In this document: piece after piece, positions 1 to 12,600 of the stretch
Layout: the number at the start of each line of letters is the position of its first letter
Numbering within the stretch: position 1 is the stretch's first letter
NCBI GenBank assembly: GCA_024704765.1
Contig: JAKMXF010000222.1
Span: 1,492,400-1,556,399 of the forward strand
Reading direction: 5' to 3'
Length of the DNA: 64,000 nucleotides
Source: Oopsacas minuta
Lineage: Eukaryota; Animalia; Porifera
Program-made: the position numbers and the translations under genes
The notes under the pieces: generated by a model
What the model was told of the DNA's origin: nothing
Seen by the model: the letters and a program-made list of their open reading frames with translations, nothing else
Databases searched by the model: none

Positions 1-1164
1 TTACGTTATGTAAACACCACTAATATGTGAAATGGTTAAACGGGCTATTCAACTATATTAATGTCTGGTGTATGGTGGAACTATCAGTTAGAATTTAAAT
101 CCAAAGTTACCCTTAAGTCTACTAGTCGAATCCTAAATAATGCATCATATATTCGACTCATCTAACCATAACGTAACTTCAAGCATAAATACCTTGTTAG
201 CGCAGGAGGTGCCCAAATGGCATGGACGATGTAGTACGTTCGTCCGTACTCGCGACCATTTTTCTATGGTAAAATGGTCTTAGGATCAAATTCTATGAAA
301 ATTTTGGTATATTTTGGTCCCATGTAACTCAGGGATTTTTCTTGGATTAGTGTCCAAGCTTCTAGATGTTGTCTGGATGTAGACTACCTCCTGATTGTTT
401 GATTGGGTGTTTTAGAGCTTGGTCTGGTTGTTGAAATGGATTTTTTCTCTAATTAGTCTGTTATCAGGCTTTTTGATACTGATACACCTCTTGTTTTAGT
501 ACCCCTGGACCAATTTTTCAGGTGACCAAGATTTTCGTGACAAGACTATCAACCCGACGGGACATGTTCAAACAGCTCCGAATAATGTCAGCAAGTATTT
601 TCTACCTCTGACTTAAGTTTAGTCAATATGCTCAGAAAGATAAAATTTTCTTGCACTTGTAGTTGTGAGTTCCCAGATGATGAGACTATTGGACCACTCA
701 AGTGGCTATTCATAAAACTTTTGGCTGATTTAGTGTATATTACTCGAGGTATTCCTAATTGCTAAGCGTGAATTACATATCGTAACGTTATTTGATTAAT
801 GTATTATTTAATCAATACGTTTCTGACTATCACACATGTAATCACAGATTTGTAGGGAATTTCAAAGGTCTTACGTGGTTTAGCTCCTACAGCATAGTAT
901 ATAATATATTTAATGTTGATAAATGTATTTGTTTTCATTTCAATTGCTGGTAGGACAAATATTCTTTAATTGACCTTCAAATAGTGGAATTCTTCTGAAT
1001 CACGTCTCAGATTGATCTTATTCAAGTCAAATTCAAAAACGAAGATGATGCACAAATAAATATTGGATATAACTCAGATGATGAAATAGATAATGGCTCA
1101 GATAGACTGATAGGAAGTTCTTTTAGTTCCTCTATGGAAGAATTAGATAAAGGAGATTGATCAG

Positions 1165-1480
1165 TTGCAATATTATGAAGGGAAATGTGGTATCTCTAAG
1201 TGTATACCAAATTGGTTGCAGTCATTCAACAATCCTAAAATGTTTCTATTTTCTTTGAGTTGCTTTCTCTGTCTCCAAGGAGCAATAGCTACTGGATTTA
1301 TCTCAGTAGCACTCTCTAGTATCGAAAGACGCTACAACCTAACCAGTGCACTATCAGCAATGGCAGCAGCATCGTATGAAGTGGGCGTGATACTGTTCAT
1401 TCTATTCACCAGCTATTTGGGAGGAAGGAGTCATAAGCCAAGAGTCCTGGGAATATCCTCTTTAGTGATGGGGACAGGCT
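1165..1480 (+). pseudogene. SLCO/OATP organic anion transporter 5' fragment, truncated by foldback insertion
   Basis: Translation has OATP N-terminal motifs (LQSFNNPKMFL, SSIERRYNL, SYEVG, SYLGGRSHKPRVLG). An upstream acidic frame ends in TGA just before 1165 in another frame. Similarity stops at ...VMGTG, where the inverted repeat starts at 1481. Confidence 0.8.
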
Positions 1481-2147
1481 TGTTGCGTGAGATTTTAACT
1501 CATCTATATTAAACGACTGCTGTCAATTTGCAGGATATTCGACCAGGATCATTTCAATCACTAATTTGTCCTACTTGTACTCATTAGATTACCCGAAATT
1601 AATATCATTCGGTAGAGGAGTGTTGAACGTCTTATAAAATATAATTTTCTTAAATATTTCTAACTTTTACCTATATATTTTTGTCATGACGAGTAGGGTC
1701 GCTTATCTATTAAAAAAGACGACCTGAAAGTGAGAATACAAATCTGAAATTTTGTGTCTATATTTGTGACCCATGGACGTTTATGTAAATTAAATTTCAT
1801 CCAAAAATTCCTAAAACTCGAGGAGATACAAGTATTCAAATTTGAAGTCAGAGTTATATTGGAGGGGGTGAGTATCATTTTACAAAAAGTAGGGTCAGTT
1901 CAAATTGATATTTGATATCCCAAATCGAACTCAAACTATTATATTTTGATAACAATCGATAGCTGAGACATGGATGTATACCATTATGTTACTATAATCA
2001 TGAAATTCTGAAAGATACAGTCACAATGGGGTTCTAAAAATGGCATAATTGTCGTCTTTTATGTATTTTCGAAATTTCAATTTAGACTCAAATTTCAAAA
2101 GTAATTTTTCCCAGAATCGCCTGAAACTTCACAAGCTCCTTCTTTTA

Positions 2148-3456
2148 CAGGGTGACAAATAAGTTCTGACCCATATGTTTGATGTAGTATAGTTCCTTAT
2201 TAAAGAACCAGATTGAACAGTTATAGTGTAAGATAAGTAACAATGTATATATTTAAAGTATTCAATGGTAATCTGTACATTCTGAACAAGCTAAAAGATT
2301 CTAGGCAAAATGGAGAAGAATAGGGTGGCTATTGTTAAATTATATTTGCAAGGGAAAAGCCAAAGCGAAATATTGAAGATTCTCAATTTCCCCAAGTCGC
2401 TCAGGAAATTGATATATCGTACTATTAAAAGATATAAGGACACTGGTAGTACCTCAGACAGGCAGAGAAGTGGACGTCCAACATCTGCGACCACTACCCA
2501 GAAGAGAAAGGTTATCAGTAGTCGGATTCAGCGAAATCCGCAACGTTCGATGCCAAAAATGGCGCTAGAACTCAAAATATCAAGAGAATCGGTCCGAACA
2601 ATTGTGAAGAGCGATATGGCCTATTTCCTTACAAAAAGAGGAAGGTTCACTTTATTTCGCCACAGATTAAAGAAAAGAGACTATCCAGGAGCAAGGCCTT
2701 ACTCGCCTGGCTCGCAAGTTTTGGCCTTGATGAAAATTTATTCTCGAATGAGAAATTATTCACGGTCGAGCAGGCGTACAATCGTCAAAACGATCGAGTA
2801 TTGTCCTCTTCTCCATCTTCCATACCAGAAGAGTATCGATGCGTCCAAAGAGTTCAGCATCCTCAGTCAGTGATGGTTTGGGCGGGGGTGTCCGAAAAAG
2901 GCCGTACCCCACTGGTTTTCATCCCACCGGGCGTAAAAATAAACGCTGTTAAGTATCAGGAGCTGGTTTAGACCCAATAGTGAGAGGCCTTGGTAAGACC
3001 ATGTTCAATAATCGTCCATTTTTATTCCAGCAAGACGGTGCGCCAGCTCACACAGCGAAAGTCAACCAACAGTGGTTACGAAACAATATCCCAGACTTCA
3101 TCTCCAAGGAGGAATGGCCTCCTTCCAGCCCAGATCTCAACCCGATGGACTTCTCATTGTGGTCGATATTGGAGACAAATGCGTGTGCTACTTCCCACAA
3201 GAGTATCAAGTCTCTAAGAACGTCTTTATCCCGAGAATGGGCAAAATCCCGCAGGAAAAGTTGCGTGCCGCTGTCGAGTCCGTCCCCAAGCGGCTAAGAG
3301 CTGTCATCAAAAAGAAAGGGGGCTATATCGAGCAATTGAATATATTATGAATCTATATTTACTTTGCTAAGTTATAGCATAATTTCAAGTCAATATCTTA
3401 GTTCATGGTTTAGTTATAATAAATTTTCACTGGGACAGAACTTATTTGTCACCCTG
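2148..3456 (+). mobile_element. Tc1/mariner-superfamily DD37D (maT-type) transposon nested in the foldback
   Basis: TA flanks at 2146-2147 and 3457-3458. 25-bp TIR CAGGGTGACAAATAAGTTCTGACCC versus GGGACAGAACTTATTTGTCACCCTG (1 mismatch). Length 1309 bp. Confidence 0.93.
2310..3350 (+). pseudogene. DD37D transposase, disrupted
   Basis: HTH N-terminus with RSGRP, then VMVWAGV, FQQDGAPAH and WPPSSPDLNPMD, with 37 residues between the 2nd and 3rd D. Three frameshifts (~2617, ~2969, ~3245). First catalytic D reads N (LFSNEK). Confidence 0.9.
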
Positions 3457-5260
3457 TATATTATATCATTCAATTTCCTTAAAAAAACAGGGATCGCTAG
3501 TACTTTTTTAATGAATATTACAAGAATAATATTTTGTGAAAATATGTTTTTCCACTAGCCATATCATTATTCACATTGTCTAGTACATACTAGATTATCT
3601 CATAAGATAATGAGCATGACTGTTATTTACACATGAAGTAACACATGTTATAACTCTTTCTCTTGGTTCCCATTCTAATGTTGCCACAACAAACGAATAA
3701 TGAAACCGCAAATTACTCATCTATTTTTGATATCTAATATTCTTAAGTCAAATCTCTATACTACGTATGTATTATAATACAATTTTCACGGGATAATGCG
3801 ACTGTGAGGTTAGCGCAGTATTCAAAACGGACAACTTCACCCACTCTAAATTTATATTTGGATAAATTGACTACTTGTTCTAATTCTTTTAGTCTTTCGT
3901 CCCAGTTTAGTCATAACAATCACCACAATTGTTATGAATAATTCTTCTTTCAATAAATGCCTTATTAAATATTGATTTAATTATTTTTATATCTTTCCCT
4001 GCCAACGTATTAGCAGATAAGATGTAGAATTACCTTGATCTCACTTTGGCAATTTATTTGATGCCCAGGAACAGAAAGGGGAATATTTGGTAACATGTCT
4101 TTGTTAATACTTATATTAGATCATCCTATAGAATTCAGATGGCTCCGTGGCGTATTTGTATAAAACTACTAAAAGCCATTTTTATTTTATTCTTTGATGG
4201 ATTAATATAACTTAATTTGCTCTTTTTCCTTTTGTACCACTCCTCCCTACAAATCTTCCTCATTTCCACAACACTTTTTTATTTTTTGTTTAAATGCTTC
4301 ACTTGCTAATTTTGTAAAAGCAAATTTGAATACAGTAATTCTGTCATCTATATTAACGTATTTTGACCTGCGGCCTTTAGCCTAGTTTCGTATTTCAAAA
4401 TATTATGTTTTACTATCTTAAACCAATTCTACACTAGCGTCACTATCTCTTCGTTGATATCTTTGTCACTATATGATTCAATAAGGATGAGATAGATATA
4501 TGATTATTTGTCAATTTGTATATTTCATTGTGATGGATAAATAGAAATGTAATTCGTAATTTCAGTATTTTGCGGTTTCATTATTCGTTTGTTGTAGCAA
4601 CATTAGAATGGGAACCAAGAGAAATTCTGGGAAAAATTATTTTTGAAATTTGAGTCTAAATTGAAATTTCGAAAATACATAAAAGACGACAATTATGCCA
4701 TTTTTAGAACCCCATTGTGACTGTATCTTTCAGAATTTCATGATTATAGTAACATAATGGTATACATCCATGTCTCAGCTATCGATTGTTATCAAAATAT
4801 AATAGTTTGAGTTCGATTTGGGATATCAAATATCAATTTGAACTGACCCTACTTTTTGTAAAATGATACTCACCCCCTCCAATATAACTCTGACTTCAAA
4901 TTTGAATACTTGTATCTCCTCGAGTTTTAGGAATTTTTGGATGAAATTTAATTTACATAAACGTCCATGGGTCACAAATATAGACACAAAATTTCAGATT
5001 TGTATTCTCACTTTCAGGTCGTCTTTTTTAATAGATAAGCGACCCTACTCGTCATGACAAAAATATATAGGTAAAAGTTAGAAATATTTAAGAAAATTAT
5101 ATTTTATAAGACGTTCAACACTCCTCTACCGAATGATATTAATTTCGGGTAATCTAATGAGTACAAGTAGGACAAATTAGTGATTGAAATGATCCTGGTC
5201 GAATATCCTGCAAATTGACAGCAGTCGTTTAATATAGATGAGTTAAAATCTCACGCAACA

Positions 5261-5370
5261 GGCATTTTTCCCGATCATGCCATTGCTTCATCTTGATATG
5301 AGAACTTTACAGATGAAGACAAGGAAATTGGCCCGACTTGATCTCAAATATGTTACCAAGACCAATAGAA
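5261..5370 (+). pseudogene. Probable degraded continuation of the SLCO pseudogene
   Basis: Frame continuing GTG reads IFPDHAIASS*YENFTDEDKEIGPT*SQIC, loosely like the OATP LPHF..Y...LC segment, with in-frame stops. Confidence 0.4.
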
Positions 5371-5939
5371 TAGATTTATTTATTCAGGGGCGGCGACGGT
5401 CAGGCTATAGCCTGACCACTTTTTGTCATGGGCTGTTCTATTGTATGGCCAGGCTTGGGCACTTAAATATAGATTAAGTCAATGGCCTGACCGCTATTTC
5501 CCACCTTCCGCCACCCTCGATTCCTATAGTATATTCTTATGGTGTTAACAAGCTAGGCTGTATTGTACACACTCGTATGAAACAATTCGTCAGTAAACAA
5601 TAATATTATTCCAAATTTCACTTTCATTGAAAATGAAATTTTGGCTAATTTCAGTTTTATAATGGAAAAGTTATGTAATATGTCAATAATTGCTACATAG
5701 TTATGCTTACATTGAAATTATAACTTAATTATTGTACAATTATAACGAAGAGATGTTTCTATAAAAAGAATGACTAAAATATATTATTTATAACCTAAAC
5801 TGACTGAAAAGTATTTGAAATGGCAACAAACATAAGCCAGGAAAAAATATAATATGAAGATATCTAGCATGCATCGTGAACGTGAACATATCATCTCAAT
5901 AACATAGGCTTGTTGTACCTCCTCTAACAGTATGCATTT

Positions 5940-6420
5940 GTATCTGGGACTCTCAAGCCCAGTCTAATCCGTATGCAGCTAGATCCTCTTCGCGTAGAAC
6001 AAGAATATCCACTCAATCCCATCCTGCCATACCCAGATACCCAACAGGTATCCATGGCCACAGGACATGGAGGATGTTGATGATTGTGTTATCTGTCTCT
6101 TCACGGGATCTCCCTCGCCTCGCCAATTTTTCCCTCTACAAGGAGAACTCTTAACATCCATGCTCACAGAGGACCAGATAGTGGGAGCATACCACTTCAA
6201 CTTTTTCTTTAATCCTATCACAGATGAAGGAAGAATCTACATATGTGATTTCTAGGACAATTCCATCAAAGTTTTCGACATGAAAGGGAAATCATAGAAA
6301 AAGTTTGTGAGGTAGGACATGGACTGTGTCAAATATTCCGTCCCACTTGCATATTCATAGAAATATCTGGGTGTATTACAGTTGGTGACATGAAGGAGGA
6401 CAACTGTCTACAGAGGCTCT
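5940..6420 (+). pseudogene. NHL-repeat / beta-propeller protein C-terminal remnant
   Basis: Translation ...EGRIYICDF*DNSIKVFDMKG...CITVGDMKGDNCLQRL* has NHL-type IYxCD/IKVFD motifs, with stops and frameshifts. Confidence 0.55.
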
Positions 6421-6811
6421 AATCTCTCTATCCCCTTGCTTATATAATATTATTAATAATTGTTGTTCATTTCCCAATTATAGTGATTAGTCTGTTTATA
6501 CATTTACTGGACAAAAATAGGCAATTAGCAATCCTTTCACCAGGTATCAAAGGTGGACTATTATGATTTTATATCATTCCCGTAGCTATCGCTTCAAAAG
6601 GGTAAATTTTTATTTTTCAAAAAAGGATATTTTATGAATAATCACTTTCGGATTTTCGTAAATCCTGCTCGACCCCGATTAAGGAATGTAAATTTGTACA
6701 TTCCCATTAAGTGACTTTTCAATAACTTCTGTTATTATTTACACCTTGTAAGGATAACATAATCCTTATGGTATAGATAATGTTATTTACTTAATTAATC
6801 TATACTAGCTA

Positions 6812-8359
6812 ATGCTAATTGTAGAGCCTGTTGCTTACCCTACTGTTAGAACACTCAGCTCCCTATGCTTATTTGTTATCAAGGATCTTCTCATTTCATA
6901 CGTACACTCGCTACCCGCTTCTAACAAGTCCACTCTCCCGGATGCTCTTTTCGTTATCTCTCCCTTTGATCCTCTCCCCTCCCAATGTGTGCAGGAGCTC
7001 ATAAACCTCCTGGCTGAGAAGAAACAGCTCGATATAACATTGCTATCTGTCCTTATTCACACACATCTAACATCTATAGATCTATCTCCCCTAATACAAA
7101 ATGCTAAGCAACTGATCAAACCTAAGCTGTTTCAATTGATAACTTCAAGGTAGATTCGTTTCTTTCAATATATCCAAAATTTGTCTTACATGTATCTATC
7201 TTACTGTAGGTGTACAGAGCTGCTACACCTGACACTAGGAATGTCTTGTAATATGATGGGAGGGAAGCTTGTATTGAATACACTCATTTCTAATAATAAA
7301 GTCCTCAGAACTTTAATTGTATCAAACTTCAGACCAATTGATGAAGTCATCTCGCGAATCAGTATAATGCGATATCTTACAACTCTTGATTTGAGTAACT
7401 CTCAGCTGTCTGATGACGGGGTAACACTACTGACGTCACAAGAACCCCCTCTCCCTGATCTGACCTCTCTTAATGTCTCTAACACCCAGATTACATCATA
7501 CGGGATGCAGCTAATCTTCTCAAATTTCATTTCCCTCCTGGATTTAAATCTGTCACAATTAGACCTTACAGTCCCTTTCGTTAATTTAAAACCTCACCGT
7601 CTCACTTCTCTCACACTACTCAATACAGATATTCTCCCAGACAACCTATATTCATTGCTACTAGCTGTATTGCAGGTGCAGCACCTGGAGCTATATCCTT
7701 ATCATAACTCATTCATAGATAGAGACTGGTTGTGGGATGTTTTAGCTGCTCTACCCGATATAACATACTTCTCAACATACAGATCTTCCCTTAAATTAGC
7801 AAATAGTTTTACTAAAAGATTAGAATATCTCTCTCTACCATGTACTCTATCTCGTATCAGCGCTCCTCTCATGTGTACTCTCTTCCCTTCTCTACAACAT
7901 CTTAATCTAGATGACTGTAAGATTACTGATGGAGCTAATTCTCCTGGTATTGCATGGAATACAACAGAGCTGATAAGCCTTAGTCTAGCTGGGGCTACGT
8001 TCTCTCAGACAGACCACACTAGCTCAGCTGAACAAGAGATGCTTACATTTATCGGATCATTCGGTAACCTGGAGAAGTTAGATATTAGTCGCACAGATAT
8101 TTTCACATTTATTCTAATGGACTTGTTAAGACGGACCAGCGTATTTAAACTAACTCACCTCACTCTACATTCCTGCGATAAGTTGAATAAAGATATAATA
8201 AAGTTCCTAACAGAGCTAGCTTATACCTGTACACATCAATGCTGTGTAGATCTCAGTTATTGTTTTAATGTCAAGAAGAGTGATTTAGAGCTATTCAGAG
8301 ACTCTCTTAAGCAAGCTATACCTCCTGTACAACACGGTCTCTCCGTTAAATGGCTATGA
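6812..8359 (+). CDS. Leucine-rich-repeat protein with N-terminal BC-box/VHL-box-like motif (putative CRL2 substrate receptor), 495 aa
   Basis: Exons 6812-7149 and 7210-8359 joined in frame by a 60-bp GT-AG intron. LRR units LxxLDLSNSQLSD, LTSLNVSNTQITSYG, LQHLNLDDCKITD, LEKLDISRTDI. N-terminal TLSSLCLFVI...LPSQCVQELINLL. Confidence 0.85.
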
Positions 8360-8530
8360 CTGATACTAATTACCTGTTACATGATAATTTACAGGATACA
8401 CAGCTCTATGTCTATCATTGTTATCTCTGTATGCTCTATTCTCTAATTTAATAAAGCGAGATATTTTACTGAGATTACTAGTGATTGAGAATTTCTGCTT
8501 GATAATGTTATCTGTCAGGTTTATGACGTA

Positions 8531-9532
8531 ATGAGTTCTGGTTGGAAGTCTATAGTCTGTAAGCAGACGGATCTTTATCTAGAAGCTGTTCTACAATGCG
8601 GACAAGCATTTGGTTGGAGGAAAAACGAGGAAGGAACTTGGTTCGGGGTTCTTAAGGATCATGTATTTCTCTTGAAACAATCAGAGTCATCTCTCCTCTA
8701 TAAGACACTCCCATCTACTCAGATATACTCAGACTCAGAAGAAGTATTGTTGGATTATTTTAGACTGAGAGAGGATATGAGTAGTTGTTATGAACAGTGG
8801 AGTGAGAGAGATGAGAGGTTCAGAGATACACACCAGATAATTACTGGTATACGTATACTACGTCAGGATCCTGTAGAGTGTATATTCTCGTTTATCTGTT
8901 CCTCTGCTAACAACACACTGAGAATATCTCAACTTGTGTTGAAACTCGCTCAGCACTTTGGCAAGGAGATTGCTCTATTTGAAGATGTTCCTTGTCATTC
9001 TTTCCCGCGGATAGAGGATCTGTCTAGGAAGGGGGTGAGAGAGAAACTTGTGTCTCTAGGATTCGGATACAGGTCTCGCTACATATACGAGACAGCTATC
9101 AAACTGAGGGACGAATATTCACGTGACTGGTTGGTTTCTCTACGAGAAATCCCATATAAAGATGCAGTAGAATCTTTATTGCAATTCCCGGGCATTGGGA
9201 GGAAGGTAGCAGATTGTGTATGTCTCATGTCCCTTGATAAATTAGAAGCTGTTCCCATGGATACACACGCTATCCAGATTGCTAACAGAGATTATGGACT
9301 AAAGTTGAATAGCAAAAGTATTAGTAAGACTGACCACCAAAAAGCTGGAAATTATTTCAGAGATTTATACGGAGATAGAGCTGGTTGGGCACAAACTATA
9401 CTTTTCGTGAGAGAGCTCAAAGTTGTCAATAAGTTGTATCAAGATGTATCATCATCTGCTAGCAAGACTAAACGACGGAGATATAAGCAAGATAACACTA
9501 GTAGTGATGAGAAGAAAGTGAAGCTTGCATAG
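8531..9532 (+). CDS. OGG1: 8-oxoguanine DNA glycosylase
   Basis: LQCGQAFGW, RILRQDPVECIFSFICSSANN, LGFGYRSRY, HhH-GPD LLQFPGIGRKVADCVCLMSLDKLEAVPMDTH, AGWAQTILF. Intronless, 333 aa. Confidence 0.96.
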   Translation: MSSGWKSIVCKQTDLYLEAVLQCGQAFGWRKNEEGTWFGVLKDHVFLLKQSESSLLYKTLPSTQIYSDSEEVLLDYFRLREDMSSCYEQWSERDERFRDTHQIITGIRILRQDPVECIFSFICSSANNTLRISQLVLKLAQHFGKEIALFEDVPCHSFPRIEDLSRKGVREKLVSLGFGYRSRYIYETAIKLRDEYSRDWLVSLREIPYKDAVESLLQFPGIGRKVADCVCLMSLDKLEAVPMDTHAIQIANRDYGLKLNSKSISKTDHQKAGNYFRDLYGDRAGWAQTILFVRELKVVNKLYQDVSSSASKTKRRRYKQDNTSSDEKKVKLA

Positions 9533-9643
9533 AAGTGTTAATTTATTACATTTTAACATGTTCGAAATATAATTCAATAAATAAATTTAGTATTATTTTT
9601 TCTCTTCCGAATAAACTATTTCAAATTTACTATTCTAGAATTA

Positions 9644-12600
9644 ATGACTCAAGCATTGAATACTCAAAAGTCTGACACATTTGACAGAAAATGGTCTGAC
9701 ATAGTCCGGACCATCAGTAGTGTGATTAGGCTTGAGGGAGTAGATCGCAAGAAATGGAATGACAGTTTTTCTGACGTGTACGCATTGTGTATGCCTTATC
9801 CTGTCTCTTATGCTGATACTCTCAATAATTACCTTGAAAAGTTCTTTGAACAGCATGTCTTAAATATCAAATATGAACTGGATAGTTGTCATAGAATGTG
9901 AGATTATTTAATATGAGTATGGTATTCCATTATTGGAAGATTTGATATTTTCTATCTACTTTTAGACATTTACTAAACCAGTACAGTACTCAATGGAACA
10001 TGTTCAATGACGGTGTACGCTACCTGAACAGTCTATTCAGTGCTTTGAATAGCAGAAATGCTAAGAAAGGAATGTTTGACAGCAGACAAGCTAACCGTCT
10101 CCTCCTATCTCTATACGGACTCCTAGGAGATGAGAGCAAGCTAGAGGTTAGTAGCATGGCACTCAAATGCTGGAAAGAAAAACTGATAATCCCACTTAAT
10201 GAGAGATTAACAGAGGCTGTAATATTTGAGATGCAAAATGACCGTCAGGAGGTCACATACAGGACACAAATACACGTGAGTACGGCAAGCATAGTTGTAG
10301 ATTGATAATTCTGTCAGTATTGATATTACGTTATCGTAGGATCTGGTTAAATCGTACATAGAGGTGGAGGCTTGGCAAGTAATGGGACAGCTGTTCTACT
10401 ACACTCACAACCTGGAGGAATCTCTTCTGCGAGCAGAGCGGGATAATTACCGTAACGAAGCTGCAGCTAGGATATCAGACTCCAGCTCTACTATAGGAGA
10501 TTACATACAATGGGCACATAGACAACTCAAAACAGCTAGAGATTTCGGCAGACAGTATCTGCATGCTGGTACTCAGATAAAACTATGTAGAGAGATTGAG
10601 GATAGATTACTAGTTGATTATCTGGATAGACTTAAGGATGAAGCAGTACATCTTATTAACAAACAGGATTTTGAACAGCTCTCTGTCATGTACCGTCTAT
10701 TTAAAGATGTTCCAGAGGGATTGAGTGGGATCAGTGATCATTTACAGACGTTTGTTAATATTGTTGTTATTGTATTTACAGTACCCCCTTGGGAAACAAC
10801 AATTAGTACGCACTAACCGAGTTCTACTGTACTTTTGATTATACTGTATTGTTTAGTTACTACACAGAGCAAGGTATGAATGTTATACACAAACTTAAAA
10901 CTTCCAAGAACTACCAGGATTATATAACTAACTTTCTACGTATACACACTCGCTACCTAGAAATAACAACCGAATATTTCTCAGCTGATTCATACTCTAA
11001 GGAAGCTATGGATCATTCTCTAGAGAAGATCGTAAACTCTCCAGAATTCACCTGTGATGGAGCTAAAGCTGCTGAGATCCTGGCTAAGCAGTGTGACGCT
11101 ATTCTAAGGAAAGGATCTAAGATTGTATCAGAAGCAGAGGTGGATGAGCGTCTTACCCAGCTGGTAACTATATTCAGCTATGTAGATGGTAAAGATATAT
11201 TCCTTAGATTCTACTCACGCAATCTAGCTAACCGTCTCATTAACAGTACATACATATCTCAGGTAATATCATATTGAATGGACACAATTTGGGTGACGTC
11301 ATTATTAATGCGGTTTTAGGATTCTGAAGAGAATATGATACAGAAACTTAAAGCTTGTTGTGGGTATAGTTATACAAATAAACTTCAGAGGATGTTACAA
11401 GATATTCGTATTAGCGAAGATTTGAGAATTAAATTCCAATTAAAAGCTGGAGAGAAAAATATTCTTAAGGTTTGTCAGTTTATTAATTTCATAATATTGT
11501 CTTATTGACTGAATAGTAGGCCCCTTCCCTCGTGTAGTATCCAATTGTCAATAAGATGAGCTATATGGTAGATATGAGAATTTGATTTAATTTACGCATA
11601 GAAGCACGTTAGAGGATCGAGTAGTTGTAAAATTTCCAACCTTATTTATCCGTGGACCCCTCTGATATACTTCTATACAAACTATGCCTGTGTATATTTG
11701 TCTGTGGACCATCAAGGGGTCCATCGACCACAGGTTGTGAACCGCTGATTTATCGCATGTTATGCTTTGATTCCGTGTATGTAGAATGTGATTTTTGTTC
11801 TTCCCTCACCCAAGAGTGCAAAATTAACAAAAACGCACCAGCTACTACCGAGATAATATGTTATTCGTCATATATTTCATTTAATATAAAGCTATGAATA
11901 TAATTATTGTTATTTATTGAGTTCCTATGGAAGCTAAATATTGATTACGGAAAATAACTGATATTTTGGAGTATTTGTATATGTGCTACTTATTAGGTGT
12001 TGGTACTACAAAGTGGATCTTGGCCCATTCAGAGACGGACTGCGCCCTCATTCCAGCTACCAGAAGACCTAACTCCACTCTTGATGGGATTTGAGAATTT
12101 CTATCACTCACAGTTTTCAGGTAGAACTCTCCAATGGCTACACTATAGAAGTACTATGGAGGTATCCATGACTTATCTTAAGAATGTGCATGTAGTAGTT
12201 GCCACTACATACCAAGCCTCCATCCTGTTGCTATTCAACAAACAAGATAAAGTAACGCTAGAGGATATCATGCAATTATACTGTCTACCTGAAGAAGACG
12301 TTACCCGTACCCTAGCCTCGTTAGTAGAATCTAAAATATTACAGGAAGAATCTCAGCTAGGAGGCACTGAGTATTTATTAAATATGAACTACAGTAACAA
12401 ACATTTTAAATTCAAGATAGCCAGTACTATGTTGAAGGATACAGCCTCTGATAGAAACAATGTACACCATTCAATCAATGAAGACAGGAAGATATTCTTA
12501 CAGGCAGCGATAGTACGCATAATGAAAGCTAGAAAGGCACAGACACACAACCAATTAATCAGTGAAGTAGTAGAGCAGTCTAAGAGTCGTTTCCAGCCAA

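Larger units (their letters stand above)
1481..5260. mobile_element. Non-autonomous foldback DNA transposon, 637-bp TIRs with TGTT...AACA ends (Ginger-like termini)
   Basis: 1481-2117 is the near-perfect reverse complement of 4624-5260, which explains the identical 64-aa ORFs at 1684(-) and 4863(+). A further 61-bp IR pair lies at 3657-3717 / 4564-4624. Flanks GGCT / GGCA resemble an imperfect 4-bp TSD. Superfamily assignment is tentative. Confidence 0.85.

Noticed and set aside
1684-1878. Identical 64-aa ORFs at 1684-1878(-) and 4863-5057(+)
   Set aside because: By-product of the foldback's inverted arms; no domain features.
3072-3350. Programmed frameshifting in the maT transposase
   Set aside because: Three separate shifts plus a catalytic D-to-N change and no slippery heptamer or stimulatory structure; decay or sequencing error is simpler.
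5386-5518. Small GC-rich inverted-repeat element (similar piece near 56935-56995)
   Set aside because: Termini too degenerate and no TSD; not enough support to list as a defined element.
11652-11897. 81-aa ORF in CUL2 intron 5
   Set aside because: GTG start, no recognisable motif, and CUL2 is essentially full length without it.
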